64,000 nt of DNA, from NCBI GenBank assembly GCA_013239625.1, contig MU054187.1, positions 16,322,941 to 16,386,940 of the forward strand, written 5' to 3'. Numbering within the stretch: the first letter of the stretch is position 1; every line of letters begins with the position of its first letter. Positions 1 through 13,237 of this stretch are shown here, piece after piece. Under the pieces are notes generated by a model. The model was not told where the DNA came from, did no database searches, and saw only the letters and a list, made by a program, of their open reading frames with translations. The translations under genes were made by a program, and so were the position numbers. This DNA is from Lama guanicoe (taxonomy: Eukaryota).

Positions 1-474
1 CTAACGAAGTTGCAAAGACTTCATTTATAAGTTCATTAAGGGCGAATTGGATTATGATCTAAGCTAATAATAATTAAGACATTTCTAAATGAGGACATGG
101 GAACTGTTCAGTTCATTTGGGGATGTGGGAGATTCTGTCAAATTGGAGATTTTCCTGTTTAGGTAACAATAAAAAATACAGTATCATCTTACAGGAATGG
201 TACAACCCCTTCTCTAGCATAGTGATGGCCAAATAAAAATGGCTAAGTATAGGCGTTTAGCACTTATTTATAATCACACACAGCCATTTATGTGTAAATT
301 TATTAAAATGATTACAGTAGTCACATACCTCCAAAACAAACAAACAAAACAGTGACATAAATTTGCAACAGCTCTACAGTTTGTGTGGGGTTTTATTACA
401 CAGTAAAGACTATTATATTTAATTTCACTATGCTTCCAGAATTAAAGCTATGCCCCCCACACACACAATCTTTT

Positions 475-676
475 TTAATTTTTTAAAAAATTTTTACTGA
501 GGTAGAGTCAGTTTACAATGTTGTGTCAGTCTCTGGTGTGCAGCATAATGTTTCAGTCATACACATACATACATATATTCCTTTTCATATTCTTTTTCAT
601 TATAGATGACTACAAGATATTGAGTATAGTTCCCTGTGCTGTACAGTACAGTCTTATCTATTTTATATACAGTAGT
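475..676 (-). mobile_element. L1 3' UTR fragment (artiodactyl/camelid type), 5'-truncated
   Basis: T-rich tail followed by the reverse complement of L1 3' motifs (tttacaatgttgtg; atagttccctgtgctgtacag). The same motifs occur in the other L1 ends in this window. Confidence 0.85.
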
Positions 677-1321
677 CAGCATCATCTTGAAAATTAGCTG
701 CTAAATATATGTGTATGAGCTTCACATTGTTTCTTTTTAAAGAAAACTGAAATATTAAGCATGGCCCATCACGTAAAATTTATGAAAATTTACGGATTAC
801 CTAAAATGCTAGAAGTTAATTATAGGCTGCTTTCCCTGGCATGTCAGCTTGATTAAATTTGGACTTTGGAGATGAATTGGCCCAAATTCATTAGTGTTCC
901 CTGGGTGCAGATGTTGGTCAAGGTCGAGCAAAGCACGGCAACGGTAATGTTAGAGATGAGGGGGGAAGGGATTCCAAAGAAGGTAGACTCTTAAAAGGTC
1001 TGGGGTTGCAGCGAGAAACTTTGATACTTTTTACCTTAATATATCTTGACAGCCTAATCATGGCTAAGCCTTTGCAGTGTTATTGGTACAGATGGCAAAG
1101 CTAGACATATTTAAAGAGATCTCAGCAGCTCGAAGGAGGGGAGCGCCGAATCCAAGTGCTGCATTGGGCTCCAGGAGAAAGTGAAAGAGAGGCGGATAAA
1201 AAGATGCCCAGCCTTTCCATCTCCTGACATCTCCAGCAGCCTCAGATACAGAATATGATAAGGCCCCTGCTGAGCTAATAAGCCCAACAAATGTCTGTGT
1301 CGGTGAAGTAGATGAAGTGGG

Positions 1322-1340
1322 ATCAAGCAGAGGGCGCTGC
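1322..1340 (+). promoter_or_regulatory. CTCF-like motif
   Basis: caagcagagggcgctg resembles the CTCF core CCAGCAGRGGGCGC and lies in unique, GC-richer sequence. Confidence 0.35.
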
Positions 1341-2379
1341 TGTATGAAAATAAGCCAGCGCCCAGGGTATAATGGCGCTAGAGAGAGCTCCAAGGTCAAG
1401 CTGATGACAGAGACACCAGTTAAGTAGAGACCCCATCAGTGAGAAAGCTCTGCCTGCTGGATCCTAGACCTGACCATTAAAATAAAATGAACCGTCTACT
1501 TAAAGGAGGAAAGAAAATAGGAAAAAAGACACCCCTCACCCCCCGATAAGGATTGTTTTAATTTTACTTTTCTCACACACGGCACTGGCATCCTTTTGTT
1601 TATTTATAGGCCACCTACCCAGAGCAGAAACTGGAATATTGGGCTGGGAGTGGGAAATTGAGACAGGACGTGCACTTCACGATGCTGTTAAAGGCGTTGG
1701 TTCTGCTCTGTGATTTTAGTGGCTTCACAATCCACCTCGAGCATAATTTGCTTAATCCAGTCTCATCCGTCAGGAAAACAGAAAAATGACCGCTGCGTCG
1801 GGATCCACAAGTTTTCCAAGGGAAAAAAATTGCTAGATGACACAAAGATTTTTCCCGCAGCTTCTCCCTTTCTCTCTCTCCTTTTAGATAGAGAATGTAC
1901 TCATTCATTCTGAGTGTAAAGTAACTTATTTTTCCAGTAAAATAAAGCATTGGTTGAAGTTGAAATTACAGAATTCAGAACAGCAGATAACACAAGTACC
2001 ATAAAAGGCAGCCAAGTGCTTGGCTTCTCGTGGTGTACATACCTAGGATTACCAACTTCCCAGTGTCTCCAGAATGATCCCAGTTTAAGAATTGAAAGTT
2101 TGTGTCCCACAAACCCTCTGAGTGGTCACTGTACTATCATGGCTAAACCAGTATTTTGGAGGCAAAACTAGAGCCAATTGTATGATGAGTCTGGCTGGGC
2201 CTGGGAGCAAAGTCTGTAGAAAAAGGGAGAAATTAGTCATCAGGCAGACAAGCCAGAGGATTCAGGGCAAGAAATGCTCATAGGAGGCTGTATCATCCAG
2301 ATTGGTTGTTGCTTTGATCTGATCAGCTTTATCATTCCCCACTTTACCCATTGCATCTTGGAGCTACTGCCTCTTCCTT

Positions 2380-2380
<1 letters not shown>

Positions 2381-2416
<36 letters not shown>
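2381..2416. repeat. (CA)18 microsatellite
   Basis: Perfect CA run, read directly. Confidence 0.98.
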
Positions 2417-2417
<1 letters not shown>

Positions 2418-3447
2418 GTATAAAACAATTAAAACGATGTCTATAAACTGTATTTCTTTATTGTTTTCCCTGATGGTTCAAATGATCCACAGGGACCTTA
2501 AAACCAACGCTGGAAGGTCCACAGAGCAGCTAATTCATTCTGGGGCCCATTGTCTAAGCCAAAAAAAACATTCACAGATTAGAGGACAATGACAACGCTT
2601 TTCTTCAGGGTTCTGGAAACGAAAACTCGCATATTGGAATAATACTCAAGAGTCTCCCTTTTCAGGTTTAGGAATGGTTTTGCATAATCTTCGGGTTTTT
2701 TTTTTTACTTGCCTAATAATTAGCCTATGCTTGAAATTTCAAGAGTATTTAAATTGCTACATTAATTCTTAACAGATCATGTCAATTTTATAATATCTGT
2801 GAAGTCTTGTTAAAAAGGTGAAAAACGTTTAAACACCATGTGAGGTGGCTCATTAAACATGTAAGAAAGCTTTGCAATTCTGACAGCATTACCATAAAAG
2901 ATCAGAGTGGGTACACCTCTAATATTTTTTAAAATCCATCTTTTGGGTAGAGACCTAAAACAGCATGCCATTGGTCTTAGAAATATAAACTTTATGACTT
3001 TGAGATAGTTATGATAAAGGAGATGTGCAGATGAATTGCCAGTAGTTGCTTTTAACAACTGTAAAGCTTTTTCTCAAGCTATAATTACTATCTCTTTTAA
3101 AACATCTTCCCTAGAGGGGGAAAAAATCAAAAGGAGGTAGTGATTGCATTTACTTTTTTTCAGTTTAGCTTGTTATTTTAAGAAGTTAAGCATCAATGAA
3201 ACTGACTTATAATCACAGAAGAAATATGTTCAAATAAATATTAATCTTTAAAAATGATGGCTGCCATTCAAAAGAAAGGAGTTTCCACTTCCAGGTGTTC
3301 CTGACGCTCATTTCACGATTGCTGAGGAAGGGCTCCCCGTGTTAATGTAACACTGAAGGGATGATCTGTCAGTTTCCTTCCAGCTACACATTTCTGTGAT
3401 GCTGAGATCATCCATCCAGGTTGTCCCTAAAAATAAGGTCTGCCCCT

Positions 3448-3479
3448 AAGAGGGGGTTGAAAACCTTTAACCCCCTCTT
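3448..3479. repeat. Perfect 11-bp inverted repeat (hairpin/cruciform potential)
   Basis: aagagggggtt, 10-nt spacer, aaccccctctt. Confidence 0.9.
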
Positions 3480-4149
3480 GACATTTCATACCTTCCCCCT
3501 AACTAGTTCTGTGCAAAATGGTTTTTGTTTTTAGGAAAATAAAAGGAGCAGTAACGTTTACCTGGGATAAAGGGAGATTAGTGCTGCACCAGCAGTGCTA
3601 AGGAAGATAAAGAGTGACTTTAATAATTCAAGTGTTTAATAAGTAGAAAGCACCATGTAGATAGTGCTATTAGCTTAGTTCAGAGAGATGCTGTGCGTAA
3701 AAGTGATAAGCAAAAGCAATAACATTAAGATTTTGTTTGGTACACAGGTCAGGAACAATGCATAGTATTTAGAGTGTCTGGAAAGTACACAGACTTGAGA
3801 CTTGTCTGACATAATTTCTAGCTGTTCACCTTATAGCTCTTGTTGGCTGAATGTCTTCTTATTTAAAGAAATATTTTGCTGCTGACAATTATTAGAAGTA
3901 CTATGAGTTTGGGTTTTATGAATAAATATGAAACATTAAGTTTATTTCATTTCAAGACAATATGGACAAGGGTATAGGTCATTAATTTTATTGTGTATTA
4001 AACTGAAATCTATAGTCTTAGAAACAGTCTTAGGTTTCTCTTCCAGTATATTCTTCTGTTACAAAAAAATATGGGAAATATATAATTGAGTTACATTGCC
4101 AAAAAATAAGAAATCTGGAAACTGTATTTATAACAGGTTTTCAGGACTT

Positions 4150-4290
4150 AAACTCTGAAATCAAGAAGAACAGAGTCAAAGCCTGCCTCTGGAGCTTACT
4201 GTTTGAGCAAGTGAAATCACTAATTCCCAGATTTCCCATCTAGAAAATGATAACACTAAGAGAACCTACTTTAGAAGGTGTGTGTAAATA
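4150..4290 (+). mobile_element. MIR SINE remnant
   Basis: Degenerate MIR core (tgagcaagtgaaatcac...atttcccatctagaaaatg...acctactttaga). Confidence 0.55.
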
Positions 4291-6444
4291 TAAGATATAT
4301 ATTTGACATTAGACAATAAGCTCCTTTAAGGCAGAGACTGTAAAATCAAGAAATTCAGTCTGTAATTTCTTGACTTGAGGTGACACTAGCAGCAGAAGCA
4401 TCAGCAAGCAACATGAGCTCCTTGAAAAAAAAAATGTCTTCCTCTCAAAATGAAGTTTTTAGAAATATTGGATTAATCATTTCTCCACTTCCTGAAACTT
4501 GTTGGCTTTCCGAACTCCCTCGTCCTTCTCAAAGTTAGCGATAATTTCCCCCGGGTAGATTCTGCCTTTTCATTTATTCCTAGTTATCCCTGGTCCTGCT
4601 TAACTTTCTCTCATCTTCTCCTCTTCCTCTGCTTCCACCAGCAATCATCATCATCATAACACTGAAGGGTACCAGTGGGCTCATTGCACTGTAAAGTTCA
4701 GGGATCTCTCTCTTCAGGAAAAGGTGCATCAAAGAAGGCAAAGAATGTCATCAGGCACGCTCCCTCTCCCCCTCCTGACTCTGCGTGGTCTTCATTTCTC
4801 AGGAGATCCTCCAGAGAAGTTGGTAAAATGGTCCAGAGGGGTTCACTGCATGCTATCAGCCTGATTTTTCCTTTCTGCCTCCCTCCTGGCTGATTTCTTT
4901 AACTCCATCCATTCTCTCTTTAATTCATCTTTTATATTGATAACATTTATTTCTTGCCAATATTTCTGAATTCATACCTAGCATGTGACTATAAAATGAC
5001 TTTTTTTAAATCTTGTGTGAACAAAATTACAATTTTCAACTGAAGAAGATCAGCTTTCGAGACTCAAGACATATCCCAATGATGATAACAGTTTTAAAAG
5101 CTTCTGGATTTCCTCTGGGGATTTTTAGCTTGACCAACGAGAAATGTAATCTTACCTTTGATCATCAAATTCATAACTCTGTGACTCAGGTGGCTCATTC
5201 ACCTTCCTGAGACTTCATTCCTTGTTCTTTTCACTGTTGCCAGAAATCATTAATTCTCCAAAACCTATCTTTAATGGTGCTTGGTAAAATGCATTATCAA
5301 AGGAGAAATTTTTTTTAAAAATTAGACTTCTAAATTTAGGGAGAATATTAAAACAGGTATAAAGCTTTCCAACAGAACTATTCAAAGGACAGCATGTACT
5401 TAGATATATAATTTTTGGTATGATAGGTTAATAAATCAGTTATAACTATTTGTATATTCATATTTTAAATATAAGTATATTATATATGTATGGGCATGCT
5501 TATATATAGGTACACATGTACATGGAGTAAAACCTCTGTAAAAGTTAGGGAACATAAAATTCCTTGTCACATATTTTCATTTTATCAATCTGTCAACTAA
5601 AAATAGAGAGATGCCTTTGGCTAAGGATATCTATTTCCCCCTATACTTTTTAAGTATGGTCAAGCATAAGACCCAATACTTTACCTGTCACATTCATATT
5701 GTGATACAGAAAAGGCTTGTCTTTTCCTGGTCACGTAACTTCAGTCCTCAAGGAATTCACTCATCCTGTCATCATTAGTTGTACCCAAACTCCAGGAATA
5801 CCCAGTGAAGTTGGGCACCCTAATTGAAGGAAATAAGATTATGGGAGTATTTCTGGATATATCATAACCAAGATTTCTTGCAGCCTTACTATGGATTTCT
5901 CCATTCATCCTGCTCTGACTTTTCACCTTAACCCAAATTCTGCAACAGTGAAAACAACGTGCTTTTCTAACGGTGCACGTTAGTTAAAGCAAATACTGGA
6001 CAGAGACTAAGAATTCAGCTTTTCAAACTTAGCAAGCATGAGAATTCTCTTTATAGGGACATAATTACCCCTCCCTTTTCTGAAATCTTAATAGACACCA
6101 AATATTTCAAACTGTCATAATATGAAAACATAAAGAGCAAGATCAGTCTACAGTACTCCCAAAAGACAACATATAATGCAGCATACTTGCAGACTGGCCT
6201 CATTAAACTTTTCAAAGGTTTCTCTGTTTTTCATCTTGCATGTTTATCGATGTAGCACATGAACACAACTTAGAAATCACATAGCAGCAAATGGCTTATG
6301 ACAGAAAACAGTAGTACCCTATTCCTGGACTCTCTACTCCTAGTTTCTTTGCCTCAGCTTGAAGAATATCTATGAAGAATTAAAAAGAAACAACATATGT
6401 GTACACACCTAGCTGTGGTCCCTCCAGCAAGTGTAGTCCCTTCT

Positions 6445-6585
6445 GCTTTGATCCTCACAGCAAAGCCATGAGATGGGGGAGACTGGAATTATTACCCCAG
6501 GTTTGAAGAGAACAGAGGCTCAAGAACACTGAAGGATTCATCCCAAGATGCCTAGCAGAAAAGGACTCAAACACAAACTTTCTAA
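6445..6585 (-). mobile_element. MIR SINE remnant
   Basis: tttgatcctcacagcaaa...attattacccc...acagaggctcaaga...cccaagatg. Confidence 0.55.
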
Positions 6586-7599
6586 GTCGAGGGGTCTTCG
6601 CCCCCAAGGCTCTGTCCAGCCAGATTGTCAATAGTAAGTCTCTGAAACAAAATTATGCAAAACATCCTTTTTTTTCCATTAATTCGGATTACTGGTAGAG
6701 TGAATCTAATTTTTCCCCCTTTTATCTCAAGACCAATTAAAAAAAAAAAAGACTCTAACAGGTCAAAGTGAAAAACATGAAAGACTGTTATAGAACATTG
6801 CATATTATTATATAAAGCCCACAGAGTGGTGAAGGCTGGGTGTTAGTTAGTGTTCTAGTATCTTCTATATTTTTAAAATTCCCTTGTGGCCTCAAACCTG
6901 ATGATGTGACCAGGCTATCGCAATAGCTTCAATACTTTACACTGTGTAAATTGTTACAAAACCCAATACATTCTGAGGCTAGATATCTTGAGTTCAGAAA
7001 TAATGATGATGCATACTGGGAATATTAAAAGAGCCAATTGTTTGTTAGTTGGATGATAGGGGCCTGTGTTTGGCTAAAGTCCTTTTTTGTTTTTTTACCT
7101 TATCATTACCAGTTGGAATCTGGTTTCCATCAGAAAAACATAGAGTGCTTTTATAAGCTACTAGAACCTCATTATGCCATCCTAAAAAATCTAGTATGCA
7201 CCAATTCCTCTTTGAGAATCACTCATTTATGTAAACTTTAATAACTTTTTCTTGGCCTTTATAAATTTTTTGAGGCCTGCTTCACCCAAAAAATATTTTC
7301 ATAGCCTCCTTAACCAAGCAGTTGTTTTCATGTTATATGTGCGTAAAAGTGAAGGTAAATGAGATTAAGGAAATAATAGACGAAATAGCTGGAGTTCAAA
7401 TACGAATTTGAATTCTAAGTCTGGTCATTTTTAGATTCTACCAGAGTCACTTTGTCCCTGATATTTCAAAGAGTGAAATAGTGTAAGTAAAATGGTATCA
7501 TGGAACAAAATACATAGACAAAGAAAAATTCACCACCACATAAAAAATTGTAATTTTGAATGTCACACTATTCTAGACTTTGACGCCTTTATGGACTAT

Positions 7600-8170
7600 G
7601 AACAAATGAAAGAACATTAACTTCTCATTCTGGAAGGTCCTTGTCAGTATGCCCTAACCAAACTGAACACCTCCAATGATGAGACTCCACTGTTTTCCAA
7701 GAAAACATACTTTGTCTTTGGACGACTTTAACTGTAAGAAAGTTCTTTTTTAACACTGTGCTGGAAAATGCCTTCCTGTAACATCCAGTCTTAGATCAGC
7801 TCTCCCTCAGTAACAGCAACAACATGGAATGAATCTAGTCCCCCCCCCCACAGGATAGCAATTTAAGTATCTGAAAATGACTCTCATGTTTCCCTCAAGG
7901 TTTTCTCTTTTCCAGTCTAAATGCCCCCAATCTCTAACTGTTCCTTTTAATGGTACATTTAACATTTTTCTCACTATTCTTTTCTTTTGCCCTGGTTTCT
8001 TTTCCTGTTTGGCATTATCTATTTTAATATGTGGCACACAGAATTGATTATAATATGAAAGTGAAAACTTACCAGAGTTTCATGGAGCATAAGTGTCATT
8101 TCCCTTGTTCTGCTTAGTATACCTTCATTAATGCATCCTAAGATCCCATAAGCATTTGGGAAGAGGAATC
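7600..8170 (-). mobile_element. L3/CR1 LINE 3' region
   Basis: Minus ORF 7807-8037 (PHIKID...GHLDWKRENLEGNMRVIFRYL) resembles the CR1 ORF2 C-terminus (PHFKKD...GLFSLEKRRLRGDLIAVFKYL). CR1 3'-like sequence lies at 7620-7790. Confidence 0.7.
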
Positions 8171-8189
8171 ACAACACAGTATTAACCTA

Positions 8190-10625
8190 ACACCCTAACC
8201 TCCACGTTACCAACCATTCCTACGTGCTGGCCTGTGAGTCCTTGACCTCCTCAGCTCCGGTGATAATTTTCTCCTTTCCATCTCAGTCACTCACTGCCGT
8301 GGTCACATCTAGATGTTATCATCACTGGAAATTGTCTCTCTGTTGAAACCTCAGTATCAAACATTTCACTACATGCAATCACACATTAACTTACTCTTGA
8401 AGACCCTAGTGTTACATTTTTTTGAACTCCAACTTGTTCACCCTATCTTTGTTTCACTGTCCAGAAGTCCACACCTGTCATTACTCCCCACGTTGTCCAA
8501 TGCAGATTTCATGCCCTGTCATTTCATCATTCCCTCAAAATATCTTCAACTCCCTTCCTGCCCTCTTCGTTCATCCCCCCTGGCCAATCCCAACACTAGA
8601 TGAACCCTACCATTCTCTCCAGTGCTGGCAACAGAATAGCTGAAGTTCTGTGGAGTAAACCACCCAGGCTGACTCGTTTACTGTAGATCCATTATCAAAA
8701 CCTCAGCTGGATGTTCCGTGCTTCCACACAATCATACTGTATTTCTCTATGTGGCTAGTTTTTAAACTCCCCACAGTGACTCTTTTATAACTTATCTTCT
8801 TTTTTTCTCAAACCTCACATAAATTCTTCCACCCCTTCAGACTTAACTATTGACATCATCTCATATTTCTTGAAGAAAAGAGAAGATACAGGAAGTCCGT
8901 CTCTGTCCTGCATCAAAGCTATAAATCAATGTTCATCTGTACCCTTTGTATCTTTCTGATCATCCCTTTAGCCTTATTAATAATTCTGTTCATGCTGTTA
9001 TTACAACTTTCTCTATTTCTGCTGGATTCAAATAAGCCTTAGCTCATGCTTTAGGATTTTCCCTTAAAAACCAACACTCCCTCAACACCACATCTCTTTC
9101 CAGCCACCGCTCCGGCATGTCACTGCTGCCTTTATAGAAACTTCTGAGAGTCTTTGACTAAACATAATGTCTCCATTTCTTTCCCTCCTATTTTCTCTTC
9201 GATCTATCTCTTACTATATCCATCTAACTTACTTGCTTTATCCATTATCTTGCCTTATCTATTTTGACCACTGTATCTAATTTATGTTCCCCTGGCTTCA
9301 CCGAAACCACGTTTGTCAAGATCTTCCATCACTTCCAAATTGTCAAATGCAATAGCTTTTTGGTTATCATCTTACTCCATCTGACTAAACTGATTTTTCC
9401 TTCATTGAAACAATACTTTCTTCTCTTGGCTTCCATGACCCCTGATACTCCTGGTTTTTGCCATACTCATAAGCCACTCTTTGGTCTCCTTCACCAGCTC
9501 TTTATCTCCCCAGTCTTGAAAATTCTTACCTGCTCAGCCCTGAACCCTCTCTTGTCCTTTGTCCAGACTCTCTCCTGAGGTAGTCTCAGGTACTCCCAAG
9601 GCTTCAAATATCATCTCTGTTCTTACAACTCTCTTATTAATGTCTCTAACTCAAACCTCTCTTCTTACATATTTGACTAGACCATGCCTCCAGTGAGCTA
9701 TCTCATACTTACCTTTAACAGAACATGACCAATATGGAAATCTTGAATCCTCCCTAAATCTTTCTCAGCCTAGCTTATGTCTAGGCAATAGAATGACTAT
9801 TTTTATAGTTGCTCAAACCAGAAGCCTGGAAGACACTCTGACTCCTCCTGCTCCCTCATTCTTGTTTCCACATATCTAATCCACCAGCAGATCCTGTCTG
9901 TTCTTCATCTAAAATGTATTTTGAAACTCTCCTCTTTTCTCTATCTCTATTACTAACTTAACTCCAGCCACAATGGTGTTTCATCTTGATTACGGTAATA
10001 GCATGTCTCAGCCTCTTGCTACCATTGCAGTGCCATTAGACACACTTTCCCCCCTGGGTCCCCACAGTCCACCAATACTAGCCTGCTAACAGTTTGTGGA
10101 CCACACTAGGCTCCTTTACTGTCTCAAGAACTTGGCATTTGTTATCCACTCCACCTGGGAAGTTCTTCCCACACTTCTTCACTTGCCTGGCCACTTTCTT
10201 CACATCTTAGCTTAAATTTCATATATTCCAGGGGGAGGGTATAGCTCAGTGGTAGAGTGTGTGCTTAGCATATACGAGGTCCTGGGTTCATTCCCCAGTA
10301 CCCCCATTTGAAAACATAAAAATAAAATATAAATAAATAAACCTAACTGCCTCCCTTCCCTCCCCAAAATTCGCATATTCCAAGAGGACTTCCCTGGCTA
10401 GCTTATCTAAATCACTCCTACCATTGATCTTTTCCTTGATTTTCTCTTCCTTTTCCTCTGTCTCTTGCACTTTGAAATCATTAATTAGTTTCTTGTTAGT
10501 TTGTCTAACAAATCGATTATAAGCTCCGGAAGGGTGGGAAATGTTTCTCTTCCTCATCTTTTTATCTGAAGTTCTCAGTGCAATGTCTGGTGGACACAGA
10601 TGCTCAGCAAACAGCTGCTTCAATT
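8190..10625 (+). mobile_element. Long L2 LINE remnant (interrupted by a SINE)
   Basis: CT-rich L2-like motifs (ctcttggcttccatgac; gcttcaaatatcatctctg; gttgctcaaaccagaagcctgg) ending in a degenerate L2 3' end (agtgcaatgtctgg...gatgctcagcaaa). Confidence 0.8.
10231..10365 (+). mobile_element. tRNA-derived SINE, camelid Vic-1-like
   Basis: ggggagggtatagctcagtggtagag (A box)...gggttcattcccc (B box), A-rich tail, cctaactgcctccc extension. Imperfect TSD aaatttcatatattcca / aaaattcgcatattcca. Confidence 0.9.
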
Positions 10626-10657
10626 TAAAAAAAAAGAACAAAAACTTAGATTAAAAA

Positions 10658-10933
10658 AAAAAAACAGACTTGTAGACATAGTAAACAGTCTTATGGTTAC
10701 CAGGAGGAAAAGGGGTGGGAAGGGATAAATTGGGAGTTTGAGATTTGCAAAAATTAACTACTAAATATATAAACAGATTAAAAATAAATTTCGTCTGTAT
10801 AGCACAGGGAGCTATATTCAATATCTTATAGTAACTGTAATGAAAATGAATATATGTACAGGTATGACTGAAACATTATGATGTACATCAGAAATTGACT
10901 CAATGCTATAACTGAGTATACTTAAATTTAAAA
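10658..10933 (+). mobile_element. L1 3' end, 5'-truncated, with TSD
   Basis: L1 3' UTR motifs (atggttaccagg, gggataaattgggagtttgagatt, ctgtatagcacaggga). TSD aaaac(t/c)tagattaaaaa at 10641-10657 and 10934-10950. Confidence 0.9.
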
Positions 10934-11549
10934 AAAACCTAGATTAAAAAATGTTCAGTAAATTTAATTTTCATTGAACACTTTCAGTTACTGTTAAATT
11001 TCCTTGTTCCCTATTATACCTGTTAGTATAATTTTTAAAAATCTTTGTGAGGTAATTTATAGATAAAATTGCAATGGGTTGGTGAAAAGGTATGCTGTTT
11101 GCTTTCCCACAAATGTGGTCAGAATTCCATAACTCTCCTCTTTGAGATCATTAATCAAGTGTTTGAGTTGGGAAGGCTCAAAGAAGGAGCCTCCTGTATG
11201 AAGATGCTTTAAACACGCCCCTCGGATGTGCCACCATAGGGTGTGTGCCTCCAGCTTGCGCCCTGGATGCCCTGAGATGCTGTCAAATGTCTCGAGCTGC
11301 CCTGTGTATATCAGCCTTTGGTTCCCTGGCGGATTTGACTTATTCTTAATGAACGTGTACTAGGTACTGCTAGTTATAACTTTTTGAGGTGATTCAATGT
11401 TTTCTTTTTTTAAGTTATTATTTTGAAATATTGTCAAAACTAACATCAAAAATCCATTCACTGGAAACCACCTTTCCATTTCTCAAAATTCAAACATTCC
11501 ATGGGAAAACTGAGGACAGATCAGAGATCATTTCACACTTTAGTTAAAT

Positions 11550-11990
11550 TAGAAACTTAGAGAAAAGAAGAGACCTTCTGAGATTATCTCCTGCATTTCT
11601 TGCTCTTCTCACCTAGAGCTTCAAAAATGCCACACAGATCGACAAATGTTCAAATACATTTTTGAAAAGTTCCACAATCCTCCTTGACAGTGCCTTTTAA
11701 TTCTTAACAAATTTCACAGTTAGAAGTTTCATCTTATATCAAACTCAACTACCTTGTGCTGATGTAAACTCTAGGTTCAATTTTACTTGATTTTTTTTCC
11801 CCTCTGTCATACCATGGTAAGCATGTTGCAGAGTCGGGTGAGACAAACTCAAGTGAAGCTTACGCCTACAGCACCCAAACAATTCCAAATAAATAAATAT
11901 TTGTAACCTTAGCAACTATTGCTTTTTGATTCTAGGCATACATTCTGTATGCCTAGACTAGACAACCCCAGTTTACTAAACTTTCTTCAT
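11550..11990 (-). mobile_element. L3/CR1 3' remnant
   Basis: ttcacagttagaagtttcatcttatatc and ctagactagacaaccccagtt resemble reverse L3 3' motifs. Confidence 0.5.
11931..11957. repeat. Perfect 12-bp inverted repeat, 3-nt loop
   Basis: tctaggcataca-ttc-tgtatgcctaga. Confidence 0.95.
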
Positions 11991-12010
11991 TAACTTGACT
12001 TTATTTTTAC

Positions 12011-12149
12011 TTTTTTCCCTTTTGCTTTATGAGGGGGAGATAATTGGGTTTTTTAATTTATTTATATTTGGAGGAGGTACTGGGGATTGAACCCTGGACC
12101 TCGTGCATGCTAAGCATGCACTCCACCGCTTGAGCTATACCCTCCCCCC
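12011..12149 (-). mobile_element. Vic-1-like tRNA SINE
   Basis: ggaggtactggggattgaaccctggacctcgtgcatgctaagcatgcactccaccgcttgagctataccctcccc, with a T-rich tail to the left. Confidence 0.9.
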
Positions 12150-13157
12150 TCGACGTTATTTTAAATTTGACTCATACCTTCATCACCATCATCCCATTAG
12201 CGAACACTGTGCAGAGTAAAGTAGAACAGGCAATGGGTAAATGTTAGAACTTTTAAAAATTGAAAAATCAAATTTTAAACTACCAATCCTTAAATTCACA
12301 AATAGTAAAGTAAAACTCGAAGTCCTAGAACCACAACTGTGAGAAGCCTTCTCACTTTTCTAGCCAAATGGCGATTATAGTGCTATAAACAAAAAGCACT
12401 GACCCTGTACGGTTTTCTCTAAACCGGAACTACTTGAACAGCCTCAACAAGAGTTGTGGAAACAAATGAGCTTTACCCTCTCCCTTGTTCACTGCGGTTT
12501 TCATCTAACACTCCTTTCAGAGCGCCTAGATACCTCTCTGATAGACGTTATGGAAACACTCAGACATATTTGTCTGGTGTTGTGGACATATTCAAGAAAT
12601 TACCAATAACTTTAGAGGCAATGGCAGAAGAAGAAAAAGCACTGTGGTTTTATAATAAGAGTGTTTTTTAAAAGATCACATTACATGCATGAAAAATGGA
12701 ACTGTGTCTACAAATGCACTCCAGAATTGAAGCGTTTATTGGACAAGGTATCACAGAAAAAGCACATAGATATTTAGATTCTAACAGGGAATTGGTCATG
12801 TACTTTTTACAAATTTTTTATACAATGCACTTTGAATAATATTTTTGCCACATTATTTGATCAAGGTAATATAGCAGAAAAAATAGGAAAATCTAATTTT
12901 TAATAACAATTTGGTGAAATCAGAAGTTTTTCATTTTGGATCTATTGCTCCTAATGGGTAACTGAAGTAACAAGCATTTTATTTTAGTTTTTGGATTATT
13001 TTGTATTCATTTGCCATCATTAGAAAGTCTATAGTGAGGAAAAACGTGCGGATGTTATGCAGCTTTCCCACAGCTGCGCAAATGCCTAACCAAGAAAATG
13101 ACATGTTAACTAATAAGATACCTTTTTGAGTTTTCTTTGCATTTGATTGATAATGGT

Positions 13158-13205
13158 ATGCATATGTATGCATATATGTGTGTGTGCGTGCGTGTGTGTG
13201 TCTAC

Positions 13206-13237
<32 letters not shown>
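13158..13237. repeat. Compound (TG)n/(TA)n microsatellite
   Basis: tatgcatatgtatgcatatatgtgtgtgtgcgtgcgtgtgtgtg...tatatatata. Confidence 0.9.

Noticed and set aside
10231..10305. tRNA gene-like A/B boxes
   Set aside because: Followed by an A-rich tail with TSD and repeated six times in the window, so it is a SINE rather than a tRNA gene.
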